Source: Lama guanicoe (taxonomy: Eukaryota). From it: a stretch of DNA of 64,000 nt. Position numbers and translations under genes: made by a program. Below the pieces are notes generated by a model. The model searched no databases, was not told the origin of the DNA, and was given only the letters and a program-made list of their open reading frames with translations. How positions within the stretch are numbered: position 1 is the stretch's first letter; each line of letters begins with the position of its first letter. Location: positions 210,879 through 274,878 of the forward strand of contig MU054204.1 of the NCBI GenBank assembly GCA_013239625.1. The letters run 5' to 3'. This document shows, in pieces, positions 1 through 12,408 of the stretch.

Positions 1-500
1 CCCTGATACCTGAAAAATAGAGTCCAAACTGCTTTAAACTCGTGTAGGGACTATTCTCCATGGGGCTCTAGTCTTGCTGTCCAGCACTCCTTCCAGAATC
101 CAGATTTTCAGACTGAGTGTTTCCCTTGCTACCCTCCTCCCTACCCATGTAAACACACTTGGGAAGTTCTGGCCTCCAAATGTCCCATCCTGATGTTCCT
201 TGAGTAGCTCAGCTTCACACTGCCGACCTGGAAACCTTTCTCCTCTCTTCTCTGCCCCTCCCACTTGGGCCTACCTTTCAAGCCCTTCTGTCAGCCCCAA
301 GGGCATCTTCTCAGTCTGCTCCTGGTGGAAGTCATCTCTCCCTTTTTGGAAGGCTGGACTTCTGTTTTTCCAGTAGAAATCTTTGGGTACTTTGGCTGCC
401 CTGCATCTGGTTTGCTGGAAGAGTCAAGCCAAAATTTTGTACTCAGTCATTGTTCACGTGCCCTTTTCTTCTCCCAGTCCCAAATTAGATAGGAATATGA

Positions 501-638
501 GGGGAGGGTAGAGCTCAGTGGTAGAGTGTGTCCTTAGCATGCACAAGGTCCTGGGTTCAATCCCCGGTACCCCCATTAAAATAAATAAATAAACCTAATT
601 ACCCTCCGATTAAAAAAACAAAAACAAATTTTAAAAAA
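501..638 (+). mobile_element. Camelid tRNA-derived SINE (Vic-1-like)
   Basis: GGGGAGGGTAGAGCTCAGTGGTAGAG (A box) ... GGTTCAATCCCC (B box), then AAATAAAT and CCTAATTACC tail; seven more copies in the window. Confidence 0.9.
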
Positions 639-1135
639 GGGACGTGACTCGAAGAGCTGGATATCCTAGCCAAGTTTTCCTATCTTCTCTGTGACACCTC
701 GTAAGTGGAGTGAGACTTGAATGACATACACATGCAAGCTGGGGACAGAGGGGACACAGAGAAGGAAGTAGTGGTGCCAATAGAAATGGAGAGGGACCCC
801 AGATGCAACCCTGGATGAGAGGGGAGAGGGCAGCAGTGGAGGAGAGGGGTATCTACCTGTGGGTCCAGGAGGTGCCCGGAGTTGGGTTTGCAGTGGTTGG
901 GTTTCTTGCTGCCACAGCTTCTGTGTGTAAGATGTGTTCCGGAGGCTCGCATGTTGGGGAGGCCTGCTGGTTGACGATTACAGCATTCCCTTGCTGTTGG
1001 GCAGTATTGCTGCGAGACTCTTAAAACAGCAGCCACCCCCCTGTTGCTGTGTGTTCAGGGAGGGTACAGTGTGAGTCTTTGGCCTGACTCAAGTGTTTCA
1101 GTGCCTCAACTGAAGTGAGATAGCTTTATGTGAAC

Positions 1136-1139
<4 letters not shown>

Positions 1140-1171
<32 letters not shown>
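1140..1171. repeat. (TG)n microsatellite
   Basis: Pure TG run. Confidence 0.97.
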
Positions 1172-1177
<6 letters not shown>

Positions 1178-2139
1178 CTTTTGCTGAAGCAAGCCCTAAC
1201 GTGTTCTGTCTGACTAGCCTTGGCCTTGACTCACCGTCTGGTATTTATACCCAGTGCCTTAAGTGTCCTCATTATTTGACCATGACATTCCTTTTCTCAC
1301 TTTCACTCAAAGCTGAGAATGCGGAAGAGGGCCCAAAGGAACTGTCTCCGTACTTCAGCTGCAAGGGGGTCTCATCTAATTGGTGGCTGTCTCTGTGGAA
1401 GTCCCTTAAGGTTATGTCAAGGCACTAAAGGAAACACATCGAAACTTACACTGGCAGGACTGTGACAGTTTAAGACCCACTGTGGGGGCTTTTCTTAGTT
1501 TGTTCCCGCCTAGTCTAGTGCTAGAGAGTTTGACTTACTGGAGCCAACTTTCAGAACAGGCCTGAGAAGGGACCCCAGGGACATGCTTATCTTGATCAGG
1601 ATCACATAGTAAGTTTGGAAGGAGGACACCAATTGGGTAAAATCTTAGAGGAGGTCATTCCGCCTTTGCAGGCATTGGTGGGAGAAACAGACTCTTAGCT
1701 TGCTCGTTCCTTCTTGCTGTTCCCATGAAGGTCCTGCCAAAGTGGACAGTTTTGTTTTGGAAGCGTGCTCCTAAAGTGTGGGAATGGTAACCCCATCAGG
1801 GGCACCGTGGTTATCAAAAGGACAGTGCCTCAGAGAGGAAGGACATGACTGCTAGCATGGTCATTTGGAGGCCAGGCAGCCAGTAAATCATTTGAGAATG
1901 AATTAAAAGTTCAAAGGGCAAGAGGGAATGCTTTGGGTGACCTCATAGGTGCTTGAAAAATCAAAGGGCTAGCTGATGTGCTTTTATTTTTTTGAGGTCT
2001 GGTACGAAGGAGCCAGGGAATGGAAATGCACAGTAGGAAACTGGCCTTGCTGTTTTCGTGGACTGGGAGCCTTCACTCTGGCCTGGGGATGATCAAAGCT
2101 ACCATGAATTTAATCCCAATTATGTTCTGGGACTTTTAT

Positions 2140-2335
2140 ACGTACAATCTCTAATCTTCTGATCACTACTGTAAATTAAGTGATGGATTCTTATTTTACT
2201 GATAAGGAGAAAAAAATAAAGAAATGAGGCTCAGGGGGGCCAAACAACATTCTCAAAGTAAAGCCAGTAAGTGGTAGAAGCTGTGATTTGAACCCAGCTC
2301 GGCCTGACCCCAAATCCTATTCTTGTCCCACTATA
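2140..2335 (-). mobile_element. MIR SINE
   Basis: Antisense MIR core: GAAATGAGGCTCAG...AGTAAGTGGTAGAAGCTGTGATTTGAACCCAG. Confidence 0.75.
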
Positions 2336-2785
2336 CCTTGTAATTTTGTTCACAAGCCTCTTTTTGTGCCTCATGTTCTTTTTCTAATACCGATATTAAT
2401 TATTCCACTGACCACACTGTGTGCACCCTAGCACTGGAGAAAAAGGAGGTCACACAAACAGTCATCCCAAGCTGTCCTGGGAAGTTCTTAACTGTGTGGA
2501 TTAGGCGCTCAGGATTAAATGATATAGTATATGTGATGTCCATAGTCGTGTCCCTATCCTAAGAGGCAGACATCGAGGTTCAGAGGGTTTCCAATATCCA
2601 TTGGACCAGTAAGTGGCAGAGCTGGTATTCAAAATTCAGATTTTTGAGTACCTGTTCTTCCCAATGCTTGTGTTGCCTCTCATACTGGAACAGGGGAAGT
2701 GATAAACAAAAAACCCAACCTGAGCCTCTTGACCCCTACAAATGGTCTCACCATCCCTTTTTGCTGCCAAATTTGTTAAGTGGTC

Positions 2786-2852
2786 TGTCTCCTTCCTTCC
2801 TTCCTTCTCTCTTCCTTCCTTCTTTCCTTCCTTCCTTCCTTCCATCCTTTCT
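2786..2852. repeat. (CCTT)n simple repeat
   Basis: Imperfect CCTT tandem run. Confidence 0.9.
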
Positions 2853-3272
2853 TTGTCTTCCTAACACAATTTATAGGTTTAAATTGTTTTTTGGGGGATA
2901 GGTGATAAATGTTCATGGAATGAAATTAAAATTATGTAAATGGGCAAGTGTTTCTTTATCCCTAATTCCTCTTCCCAGAGGCAACCACTGTTACCAATTC
3001 CTTATTTACTCTTCAGATAAAGATAGTGTATGCATTATATACAGGTGTGCAGCACATGCTTGTATCTATGCATACTCAGTGTCTCTGTTTCCTCACAGCC
3101 TATGTATTCCTTAATCCTTGCCAATCTGGCATCCACTGAGATCTTCCTGAGGACCAGATTTACTGGCCTTTTCGCTGTCATCCTCCTCCCTGTCTTCTCT
3201 ACACAATTATTTTCTATTTAAAAATTTTTGTTGACTGGGTATCATATTCCCATGATTCAAAAGCCAGTTAGT

Positions 3273-3306
3273 GATGGCCATCCTGACTGGTGTGAGATTT
3301 AAAAAA
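3273..3306. mobile_element. L1-derived micro-insertion (antisense ORF2 fragment + A tail) with 14-bp TSD
   Basis: AAAAGCCAGTTAGT at 3259-3272 and 3307-3320 flank GATGGCCATCCTGACTGGTGTGAG, which matches the antisense L1 at ~10768-10790. Confidence 0.75.
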
Positions 3307-3639
3307 AAAAGCCAGTTAGTATGAAAAGGTAGACAGAGAAGAGTGTCCCGTTCATCCTTGTCCCTCATTTGCCCAGGTTCACCACCCACCATGGGGCTTA
3401 GATTTTTTTTAATGTATCTTTCCAGAGCATCGCTGTCGACACACGAGCTAAATATAGATTCTTGATCTTGCCTTTTACACATACTAAAACAGTCTTCTAC
3501 ATCTTGATTGTTTTCACTTACATATACTGGAGATCTTTCTCTATCAATATATACAGGGATGCTTCATTTTTTAATGGTCATATTACATTCAATTTTTTAA
3601 CTGATCTTTACTATTGCTAGTCATTGGCATTGTTTCTAA

Positions 3640-4420
3640 TATATCCTTCTGATATTCTCCAAGCCCTGCTGCCAGCATGGCTTCCGTGACACTGAACTAT
3701 CTTGTTTCTCTGTCCTCTTCACTGTGTCTCCATTATCCTCTGTGAATCAGCTGCCTCTCCCATCCCCATCTTGTAAATATCCCTCAAGGCTCAAAGCTCC
3801 ACCCCTTGCTTGTTCTCTTTGCCTCTCTCCAGTCTTCTCTTCTTCTGTCTGCCTCTCTTTCCCCCTTCCTCAAGAAAGAGCAATGATGAGATCTCATGAC
3901 TCACAAATCTCTTTTTTTTAGTGAAGTAGAATGTCCATATAGTATTACATTAGTTTCAGGTATACAATGTAGTGATTTGATGTCTATATACATTTCAAAA
4001 TGATCACCACAGTATGTGTAGCTCCTACCCAATCATGACTACCAAATCTCTTGCCTTAACCTTTTCTTCAGAGCTCTAGGCTCTTTGTCTGATGGACAGT
4101 GTCTACTTGAATTTTTTTCTCTTTTTTAAAAATCTCAAACCCCAATATATCTAAAACGGAACTTATTATCTTCCTCTTGCCAAACAGGCTCTGTCCCTGA
4201 CTTCCTGCCTCCCACTCAGCTAGCATTGAAATCTTGGAGTCACTGTTTATTCATCCCCTATATCCAATCAATCACCACATGCTGTCAGTCCTTCTTCCTT
4301 CAAAACAGCCCTCCTATTTACTCCCTTCCCTTCAATTCCTGCTACTCCCACCCTCTTCTAAGCCCTTATTCATTTCTGGATTTCTGGATTCCTGGCTGGC
4401 TTCCCTGCCTCTAGGCTCAC
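3640..4420 (+). mobile_element. L2 fragments interrupted by a short antisense L1 3' end (~3913-4032)
   Basis: Pyrimidine-rich L2-like sequence (CTCAAACCCCAATATATCTAAAACGGAACT, CATCCCCTATATCCAATCAATCACC); near-repeat TCATGACT..CAAATCTCTT on both sides of the L1 piece. Confidence 0.6.
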
Positions 4421-4975
4421 CCCTTTTAATTTTACCCTACAAGTCACTTCCTCTATCTGAGAATTTTAATTTCCCTGTCTGTGCAAGGAAGAAACTGGAC
4501 TGACTGGTTGATCTATGTGGTTCTTTCCAGCTTGGACATTCTAGACCAGCAAAATCCTAAACAGTGTATTCCCACCTACTGCCATTGACACACCTGTACT
4601 GCCCACTCTCACTTGAATATTTGCTCTGGCTCCATGCTCCTAGCCTTGCACAAATTTTCCTTCTATATTGTTCCTAGGGTCTTTATCTGAAATCAGTTTA
4701 CAGTTGAAAGGAATCTTAGAGGCCTTTCAAGTTGGCCAATACTGGCCCACTGCCTGACTACCATTTATGACATCCTTGAATTTGGTTGACCAGGCTGTGC
4801 TTGAATTCATCCATTGATGGTAAAAGCTCTCTCACAAGCTTGCCCTTTACATTGTCAGGTAGCTAGAGCTGTAAAACAAAAAAATCTCCTACCACAAATT
4901 GACACCAGTTGGTTCGCCTTTATGGCACTCTGTTATTCAAAACTTTCTTCATTTTGATTTAAGTACCAACCTGTC

Positions 4976-5529
4976 TGCAGCACTATTTACAATAGCCAAA
5001 ACATGGAAACAGCCTAAATGTCCATCAACAGGTGACTGGATAAAGAAGATGTGGTATATTTATACAATGGAATACTACTCAGCCATAAAAACTGACAACA
5101 TAACGCCATTTGCAGCAACATGGATGCTCCTGGAGAATGTCATTCTAAGCGAAGTAAGTCAGAAAGAGAAAGAAAAATACCATATGAGATTGCTCATATG
5201 TGGAATCTAACAAACAAACAAACAAACAAACAAAAACAAAATGTAAATACAGGACAGAAATAGACTCATAGACAGAGAATACAGCCTTGTGGTTGCCAGG
5301 GGTGTGGAGGGTGGGAAAGGATAGACTGGGATTTCAAAATTGTAGTATAGATAAACAAGATTATATTGTATAGGACAGGGAAATATACACAAAACGTTAT
5401 GGTAGCTCACAGAGAAAAAAATGTGACAATGAGTGTGTATATGTCCATGTATGACTGAAAAATTGTGCTGAACACTGGAATTTGACACAACATTGTAAAA
5501 TGATTATAAATCAATAAAAATGTTAAAAA
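4976..5529 (+). mobile_element. Young 5'-truncated L1 (ORF2 C-terminus + 3' UTR)
   Basis: Encodes [44 protein letters not shown] + A tail; perfect TSD AAGTACCAACCTGTC at 4961-4975 and 5530-5544. Confidence 0.95.
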
Positions 5530-5639
5530 AAGTACCAACCTGTCAAGTCTGGCAACCCAAGTTCTCCGTAATGTGGCTTCTGTGTTCTCTCTCAGCCTTA
5601 AATCCTGCATACTTCCTTTGCTCTTCATCCAAATAAAAA

Positions 5640-5870
5640 AATAATAGCTAACGTTTATTGCACGCTTACTGGATGCCAGACTCTGTTCTAAGTCATTTTA
5701 CATATGTTATTGTATTTAATCCATACAGCAACCATATAAATTCCTATTGTTCTTCCCCATTTTACAGAGGAATAAAATGAGGCATATGGAATTCTAAATA
5801 ATTTACCCAGAGTCTCAGGGCTATTAAATGGTAGAGATAGGATTTTAATCCAGAAAGGCTGTCCTGAGAG
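5640..5870 (-). mobile_element. MIR SINE
   Basis: AATAATAGCTAACGTTTATTG...CCCCATTTTACAGAGG antisense MIR. Confidence 0.8.
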
Positions 5871-6542
5871 GCTATTTCTACAATCCCTGCCATACACAGT
5901 AAGCTCCAAGTGTGACAACTCACAATTTCCTAAACATACCCAGTGCTTTGTTCACCACCTTCTCTCAACACCTTTCTAGTTCTGTCTATTCTTTGAGGCC
6001 CATCACAAATTATACTTCCTTCTGGTCCCATTCTGCCCTATCTTCCATTCTTCTTCCATTTCCCCCCCTACAAAATCTCCACCTCTCTGCTACAGCTCAC
6101 CATGTTTTTTCTAATGAGCAGTGGGAAACTGTTTTACATTCCTCATGGAGATTTTTTTTTCATATTTTAAGTGCATATGAATATTTTCTTTCCCAATCTG
6201 GTTTCTTTTTTAGGCTCAGAATTTCACTTCTTTCATTGTCCTATGGTTTGCACATTTGTTCAAAAGTACCTTCAGTGACAGGGATGAAAACCAAACAGTT
6301 CAAGTATTGCCATCCATAGTAATATTGTATAGTATATATTGCATAGTAATGTAATTTATATACCTATTAATTTTAATTACATGTATAAACTATATTATTT
6401 TATAGTGTATTTATTAACTATATATTATAATATTAATTATATATTATAGTAGTAAATATTTACTTAAACTGAGTGCTGAAATAGGAACAACCTAAAAATG
6501 AAGGAGGAATTTTATTAGAGCCTCTGTACTCAATCTGACTGC

Positions 6543-6820
6543 CTTAATGCCTATTCTCATTTTCCCTCTTCCTAGCCCTTAAAATTTATTACTATGCTAT
6601 CTACAAATTGATATAAATTTTGCTTTCTTACATCAATGGGTAGATGAATAGGATAGATAGTTTACCACTTCATCTAGAGATTGCCTGTGTGTGTGTGTGT
6701 GTGTGTGTGTGTGAAGTATTGGGAGAGTAGGTGGTAGTGGTGATAGTTGGATGGTTGGAGGTAGGTGGTTCTTTGGGAATAGAAAGGTTCCTTGTCTTCT
6801 GTGCAAAGAAAAAAAACCTT
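6543..6820 (+). repeat. Direct repeat copy 1 (partner 8748-8994), contains (TG)n at 6686-6713
   Basis: Collinear blocks shared with 8748-8994, e.g. TAGAAAGGTTCCTTGTCTTCTGTGC vs TAGAAAGATTCCTTGTCTTCTGTGC. Confidence 0.85.
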
Positions 6821-7607
6821 AATTTTCCCCCCAGCTTTATTGAGGTATGATTGACAAGTAAAACTGTATATATTTAAAGTGTACAATCTGATGATTTGAT
6901 ATATGTATACTTTTTTGGTGAGAACCTTTAAGATCTACTCTCTTAGCAAATCTTAAGCATACAATACAGTATTATTAACTACAGTCATCATGCTATACAT
7001 TAGACCCTCAGAACTCATTCATTTTATAACTGAAAGTTTGAACTCCTTCAATAACATCCCACTTACCCCACCCCCAGCTCCTGTCAATGACCATTCTGCT
7101 CTCTATTTCTATCTGACTTTTATTTTTAGATTCCACATATAAGTGACCATGCAGTATTTGTCTTTTTCTATCTGCCTTGTTTCACTTAGCATGATTCCTC
7201 CAGGTTCACCCGTGTTGTCATGACATTTTCTTTATCCATTTATCTGCCAATTGACACTTAGATTGTTTTCATATCTTAGCTATTGTGAATAATGCTGCAA
7301 TGAACATGGGAGTGCAGATATCTCTATGAGATACTGGTTTTGTTTCAATTAATTCTGTGGAAAAAAAGGTCATTGGAATTTTGACAGGGATTGCATTGAA
7401 TCTGTAGGTTGCTTTGGTAGTATGAATGTTTTATCAATACTAATTCTTATAATTCAAAAACATGGTATATCTTTCCATTTGTTTGTGTCTTCAATTTCTT
7501 TATTTTTATTCTTGGATATTTGGTTTAGTTATTCCTTTTTTGTTGTTAAATTGAAGCATAATTGATTTACAATATTGTGTTAGTTTCAGGTATACAGCAA
7601 AGTGATT

Positions 7608-7643
<36 letters not shown>

Positions 7644-8747
7644 TTTTTATATTATTTTCCATTAAGGCTATTATAAGATATTGAATATAGTTCTCTGTGC
7701 TATGCAGTAAATCCTTGTTGCTTATCTATCTATACATATCTATATCTATCTATCTTTCTATCTGTCTGTCTGCCTATGTATCTATCTATAAAATGTGTTT
7801 CTGTTAATCCCATACCCCTAATTTATCTCCCCCTCCCTTTCCCCTTTGATAACCATAAGTTTGTTTTCTATGTCTCTAAGTCTGTCTCTGTTTTGCATGT
7901 AAGCTCACTTGTATTATTTTTTAGATTCATCCATGTTGCTTCACTGGCATTATTTCATTCTTTTTATGGCTCAGTAATATTCCACTAGGTGTGTGTTTCT
8001 GTATGTGTATCACATCTTCTTTATCCAGTCATCTGTTCATGGACACTTAAGTTGCTTCCATGTCTTGGCTACTGTAAATAGTGCTGCTATGAACATTGGG
8101 GTGCATGTATATTTTCAAATTAGAGTTTTTGTCTTTTCTGGGTATATGCTTAGGAGTGGGATTGCTAGATCATATGGTAGCTCTTTAGTTTTTAGTTTTT
8201 AAAGGAACCGCCATACTGTTTTACATAGTGGCTGCACAATTTACATTCCCAACAACAATGTAGGAGGGTTTCCTTTTCTCCATTTGTGTCTCCAGTTTCT
8301 AACGTAAATGTTTATAGTTTTCAGTGTACAGGTCTTTGAGTTCCTTGGTTAAATTTATTCTTAAGTATTTTATTCTTTTTGATGCTACTATAAATGGGAT
8401 TGCTTTCTTAATTTCTTTTTCAGAGAGTTTGTTATTAGCATATAGAAACACAAGGGATTTTTATATATTGATTTTGTATCCCGTAGCTTTACTGAATTTG
8501 TCTTTCAGTTCTAACAGGTTTTTGTTTTGTTTTGTTTTGTTTTTGTTTTTGTAGAGTATTTAGGGTTTTGTATATAAGATCAGGTCATCTACAGAGACAA
8601 TTTTACCTTTTCCTGTCCAATTTGGATGCCTTTTCTTTCTTTTTCTTGCCCAGTTGCTCTGGCTAGGACTTCCAGTTATACGTTGGATAAAAGTCTATAA
8701 AGTGAGCTGTTTTGTCTTTTTCCTGATCTTAGAGGATGAGCCTTTAG
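6821..8747 (-). mobile_element. Old L1 (L1MA9-like 3' end + ORF2 part) with a nested younger antisense L1 (~7500-8284)
   Basis: CAGCTTTATTGAGGTATGATTGACA...AAGATCTACTCTCTTAGCAAAT 3' end; ORF2 antisense GGGATTGCATTGAATCTGTAG; nested copy flanked by TGTGTCTTCAATTTCT / TGTGTCTCCAGTTTCT. Confidence 0.9.
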
Positions 8748-8994
8748 CTTAATATTTATTACTTCTCATCTTCCTTCTCCCTTACCCTTAATACTTATTG
8801 CTGTGTTATCTAAAAACTGATAGGAATTTTGGTTTTTTACATAGCTGAATGGATAGATACTTCACCACTTGAGCTTATGAATTTTAGTGTGTGTATGAGA
8901 AAATGTGTGTATGTGTATAACAACAGAGATAGGTGGTAGTGTGACTCTTTTAGGCGTAGAAAGATTCCTTGTCTTCTGTGCTAATAAATCCTTT
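8748..8994 (+). repeat. Direct repeat copy 2 (partner 6543-6820)
   Basis: Same collinear blocks; ends at CTTT/AAAA. Confidence 0.85.
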
Positions 8995-10103
8995 AAAATG
9001 CTACATCCTACAGAACTTCTTCCTCTCCCTCCCCTCCTCTCTTTTTTCTCCCCTCTTCTCTATTTCCTCTCTTCTTTTGGGAGTGATTGTGGTTTACCAT
9101 TTATATTTTGTAAATGATTTCCATCTGAAGTTTCCAAGTTCTCTGGTTGAGTGAGATATGCTTATCTAAAAGAATGTGATTTACTACCCAGACAGACAGA
9201 CAAATTCAATGGGTAACACATCGTTCTCTAAAGGATCACGATACTTTTGCTAATTCCCTGTGTGTACCAATTTAATTACATTTCAGAAGTCAGAAAAATT
9301 TAAGTAGTTCCAGTTGCAGTGTTCCAGTTCACTAAGCATTAACTATAAATCACTAGTGGGCACTTTAAAAAAAAACCTGTTGATGGATTGTCTGGTATTT
9401 TACATGAGTATAAGCCACCTAACCTAAGGATTTCTAAGTTGGTTTTACAAAGTAAAAATTTGCTCTTGATCTCTCTCTCTGGCCCCATAATATCTTTGTC
9501 AGCCCCCTCCCTATCCTGTTCACCTTTCATAAGGCCCCCCTTTCTTCTCCCTTCATATATTTCATCAGACTGTAAGGGAGTTATAGACTGGTTGTGATTA
9601 TTACTGAGCCATATGGGAACCACACATCTTCCTTTTTCTCCTTCTTCTACTTACTTGAATTATGGTTATGTCTTCTTAAATGAATTTTTAAAACAGCAAC
9701 CAAGATGAGTTTTTAACTATTGAAAGACTTATTAGCAAATAGCCCAGCCTTAATTTCAGCATCCAATAAAGCCAAAATTAATAACCCCTCTTTTTTTTTC
9801 TTTTCTTTTGGCTAACACCTGAAATCTCTTCTACAGGAGGGTGATCCTAGTTACTATAGTATATATTAGTGTTCAGCCTTCATGACCCCTTATTGTTTTT
9901 ATTAACAGTCTTCTGGATTAGAAGGGTCTGGGAGTCATTATTTAGTTTCCTTTTCCAGAATGAACTGGATATACTGTGTAAAGTTTGGATACAAAATAAG
10001 CATACTTATTTTTATTTGTTTGGGAAATCAGTGTCTATTTTACAAGTATATTCACTATTGTGTTGAGGTAAATTTGACTTGATTTCATATTTCATACCTT
10101 TTA

Positions 10104-10795
10104 AAATTGTTTATTTTATTGAGTTATAGTCAGTTTACAATGTTGTGTCAATTTCCAATGTAGAGCACAATTTTTCAGTTATACATGAACATACATATAT
10201 TCATTGTCACATTTTTTTTGACTGTGAGCTACCACAAGATCTTGTATATAGTTCCCTGTGCTATACAGTATGATCTTGTTTATCTATTCTGCATATGTTT
10301 GTCAGTATCTACAAATTTTGAAATCCCAGTCTGTCCCTTCCCACCCCCCCCTCCCCATGGCAACCACAAGTTTGTATGACATTCTCCAGGGACATCCATG
10401 TTGCTGCAAATGGCGTTATGTTGTCGGTTTTTATGGCTGAATTGTATTCTATTGTGTAAATATACCACATCTTCTATATCCAGTCATCTGTTGATGGACA
10501 TTTAGGCTGTTTCCATGTCTTGGCTATTGTAAATAGTGCTGCTATGAACATTGGGGTGCAGGTGTCTTTTTGAAGTAGGGTTCCTTCTGGATATATGCCC
10601 AGGAGAGGGATTCCTGGGTCATATGGTAAGTCTATTTCTAGTCTTTTGAGGAACCTCCATACTGTTTTCCACAGTGGCTGCACCAAACTGCATTCCCACC
10701 AGCAGTGTAGGAGGGTTCCCTTTTCTCCACAGCCTCTCCAGCATTTGTCGTTTGTGTACTTTTGAATGATGGCCATTCTGACTGGTGTGAGGTAC
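10104..10795 (-). mobile_element. Young L1 3' end with ORF2 C-terminal zinc knuckle
   Basis: ORF 10474-10797 LTPVRMAII...[18 protein letters not shown]...KQPKCPS; lacks an internal segment present in the copy at 11725-12410. Confidence 0.95.
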
Positions 10796-11574
10796 ACCTT
10801 TTATTGAAGTATAATTGACATATAATAAACTGTACATGTATAAATGCATATACAATTTGAGTTTTAACAACACCCATGAAACTTTAACCACAATAAATGT
10901 ATGCATCACCCCAAAGGTTTCTTTGTACCCCTTTGTAATCCCCCCCACTACCCCCAGGCAACCACTTTCTTTTGTTATAGATCACTTTGCAGTTTCTAGG
11001 ATTTTATATCAAGAGAATCATATAGTGTGTATTTTTCATCTGCCTTCCTTCACTCAGGATAAATATTCCTACATTTGTCTATGTTACTGCACATATCAAC
11101 AGTTTGTTCCTTTTATTGCTGAGTAATATTCCACTGCATGGATGTACCATTGTTTGCTTATCCAATTCACTTATTATTGAACATTTGCATTGCTTCTGGC
11201 TATTATGAGTATTTTTAGCTATTATGAGTAAAACTACTATGATCATTCATGTATAAGTCTCTGTGTGAACGCATACTTTTCATTTTTCTTGGTTAAATCT
11301 ACAATTGGAATGACTGTGTCATATAGTAGGTGTATCTTTATCATTTTAAAAAGCTGCTAAAGTTATTTTCTAAAGTGGTTGTACGTATCTTTTACCAACA
11401 TTGTAAAAGAGTTCCACTCCTCCAAATCCATATGAACATTTATTATGCTCATTTAAAAAATTTAGCCATTCGAGTATGTATGTATTGGTATTTCATTATA
11501 TATATATATATTTATATGTATATGTATATATATAAAACTACATACATAACATATATATATATAAATATATATTT

Positions 11575-11708
11575 GTTGTTTTTGTTTCTTTTGGGGGGGA
11601 GGTATTTAGGTTTATTTATTATTATTTTTTTAATAGAGGTATTAGGGATTGAACCCAGGACTTCATGCATGCTAAGCACATGGTCTACCACTGAGCTATA
11701 CCCTCCTC
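11575..11708 (-). mobile_element. Vic-1-like SINE
   Basis: GGGATTGAACCCAGGAC...TCTACCACTGAGCTATACCCTC. Confidence 0.9.
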
Positions 11709-11724
11709 CCTTCTTTATAGTTCT

Positions 11725-12408
11725 TTTTTTTTTCTTTGGTCTTTTTATTGAGTTATAGTCAGTTTTCAATGTTGTGTCAATTTCTGGTGCACAGCACAAT
11801 TTTTCAGTCATACATGTATATACGTATATTCATTTTCTTACTCTTTTTCACCATGAGCTACTACAAGATCTTGTATATGTTTCCCTGTGCTATATAGTAT
11901 AAACTTATTTATCTATTCTATATATACCTGTCAGTATCTACAAATCTCGAACTCCCAGTCTGTCCCTTCCCACCCGCCTCCTGCCTGACAACCACAAATT
12001 TGTAATCTATGTCTGTGAGTCTGTTTCTGTTTTATATTTAAGTTAATTTGCCTTTTTTTTTTAGATTCCACATATGAGTGATATCATATTGCATTTTTCT
12101 TTCTCTTTCTGGCTTACTTCACTTAGAATGACATTCTCCAGGGACATCCATGTTGCTGCAAATGGCATTATGTTGTCATTTTTATGGCTGAATAGTATTC
12201 CATATAAACATATCACAACTTTTTTATCCAGTCATCTGTCAATGGACATTTAGGTTGTTTCCTTGTCTTGGCTATTGTAAATAGTGCTGCTATGAACATT
12301 GGGGTGCAGGTATCTTTTTGAAGTAGGGTTCCTTCTGGATATATGCCCAGGAGTGGGATGACTGGGTCATATGGTAAGTCTATTTTTAGTCTTTTGAGGA
12401 ATCTCCAT
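11725..12408 (-). mobile_element. Young L1 3' end nested in the old L1
   Basis: Poly-T then TTTATTGAGTTATAGTC...; highly similar to the 10104-10795 copy. Confidence 0.92.

Noticed and set aside
501..575. tRNA-like heads (eight copies across the window)
   Set aside because: They are the tRNA-derived 5' parts of the camelid SINE, followed by SINE tails and TSDs, not tRNA genes.
4899..5210. ORFs with conserved-looking protein sequence (also 10474-10797, 42765-43151, 61354-61566, 52734-53015)
   Set aside because: All are L1 ORF2 C-terminal fragments within truncated L1 copies, not host genes.
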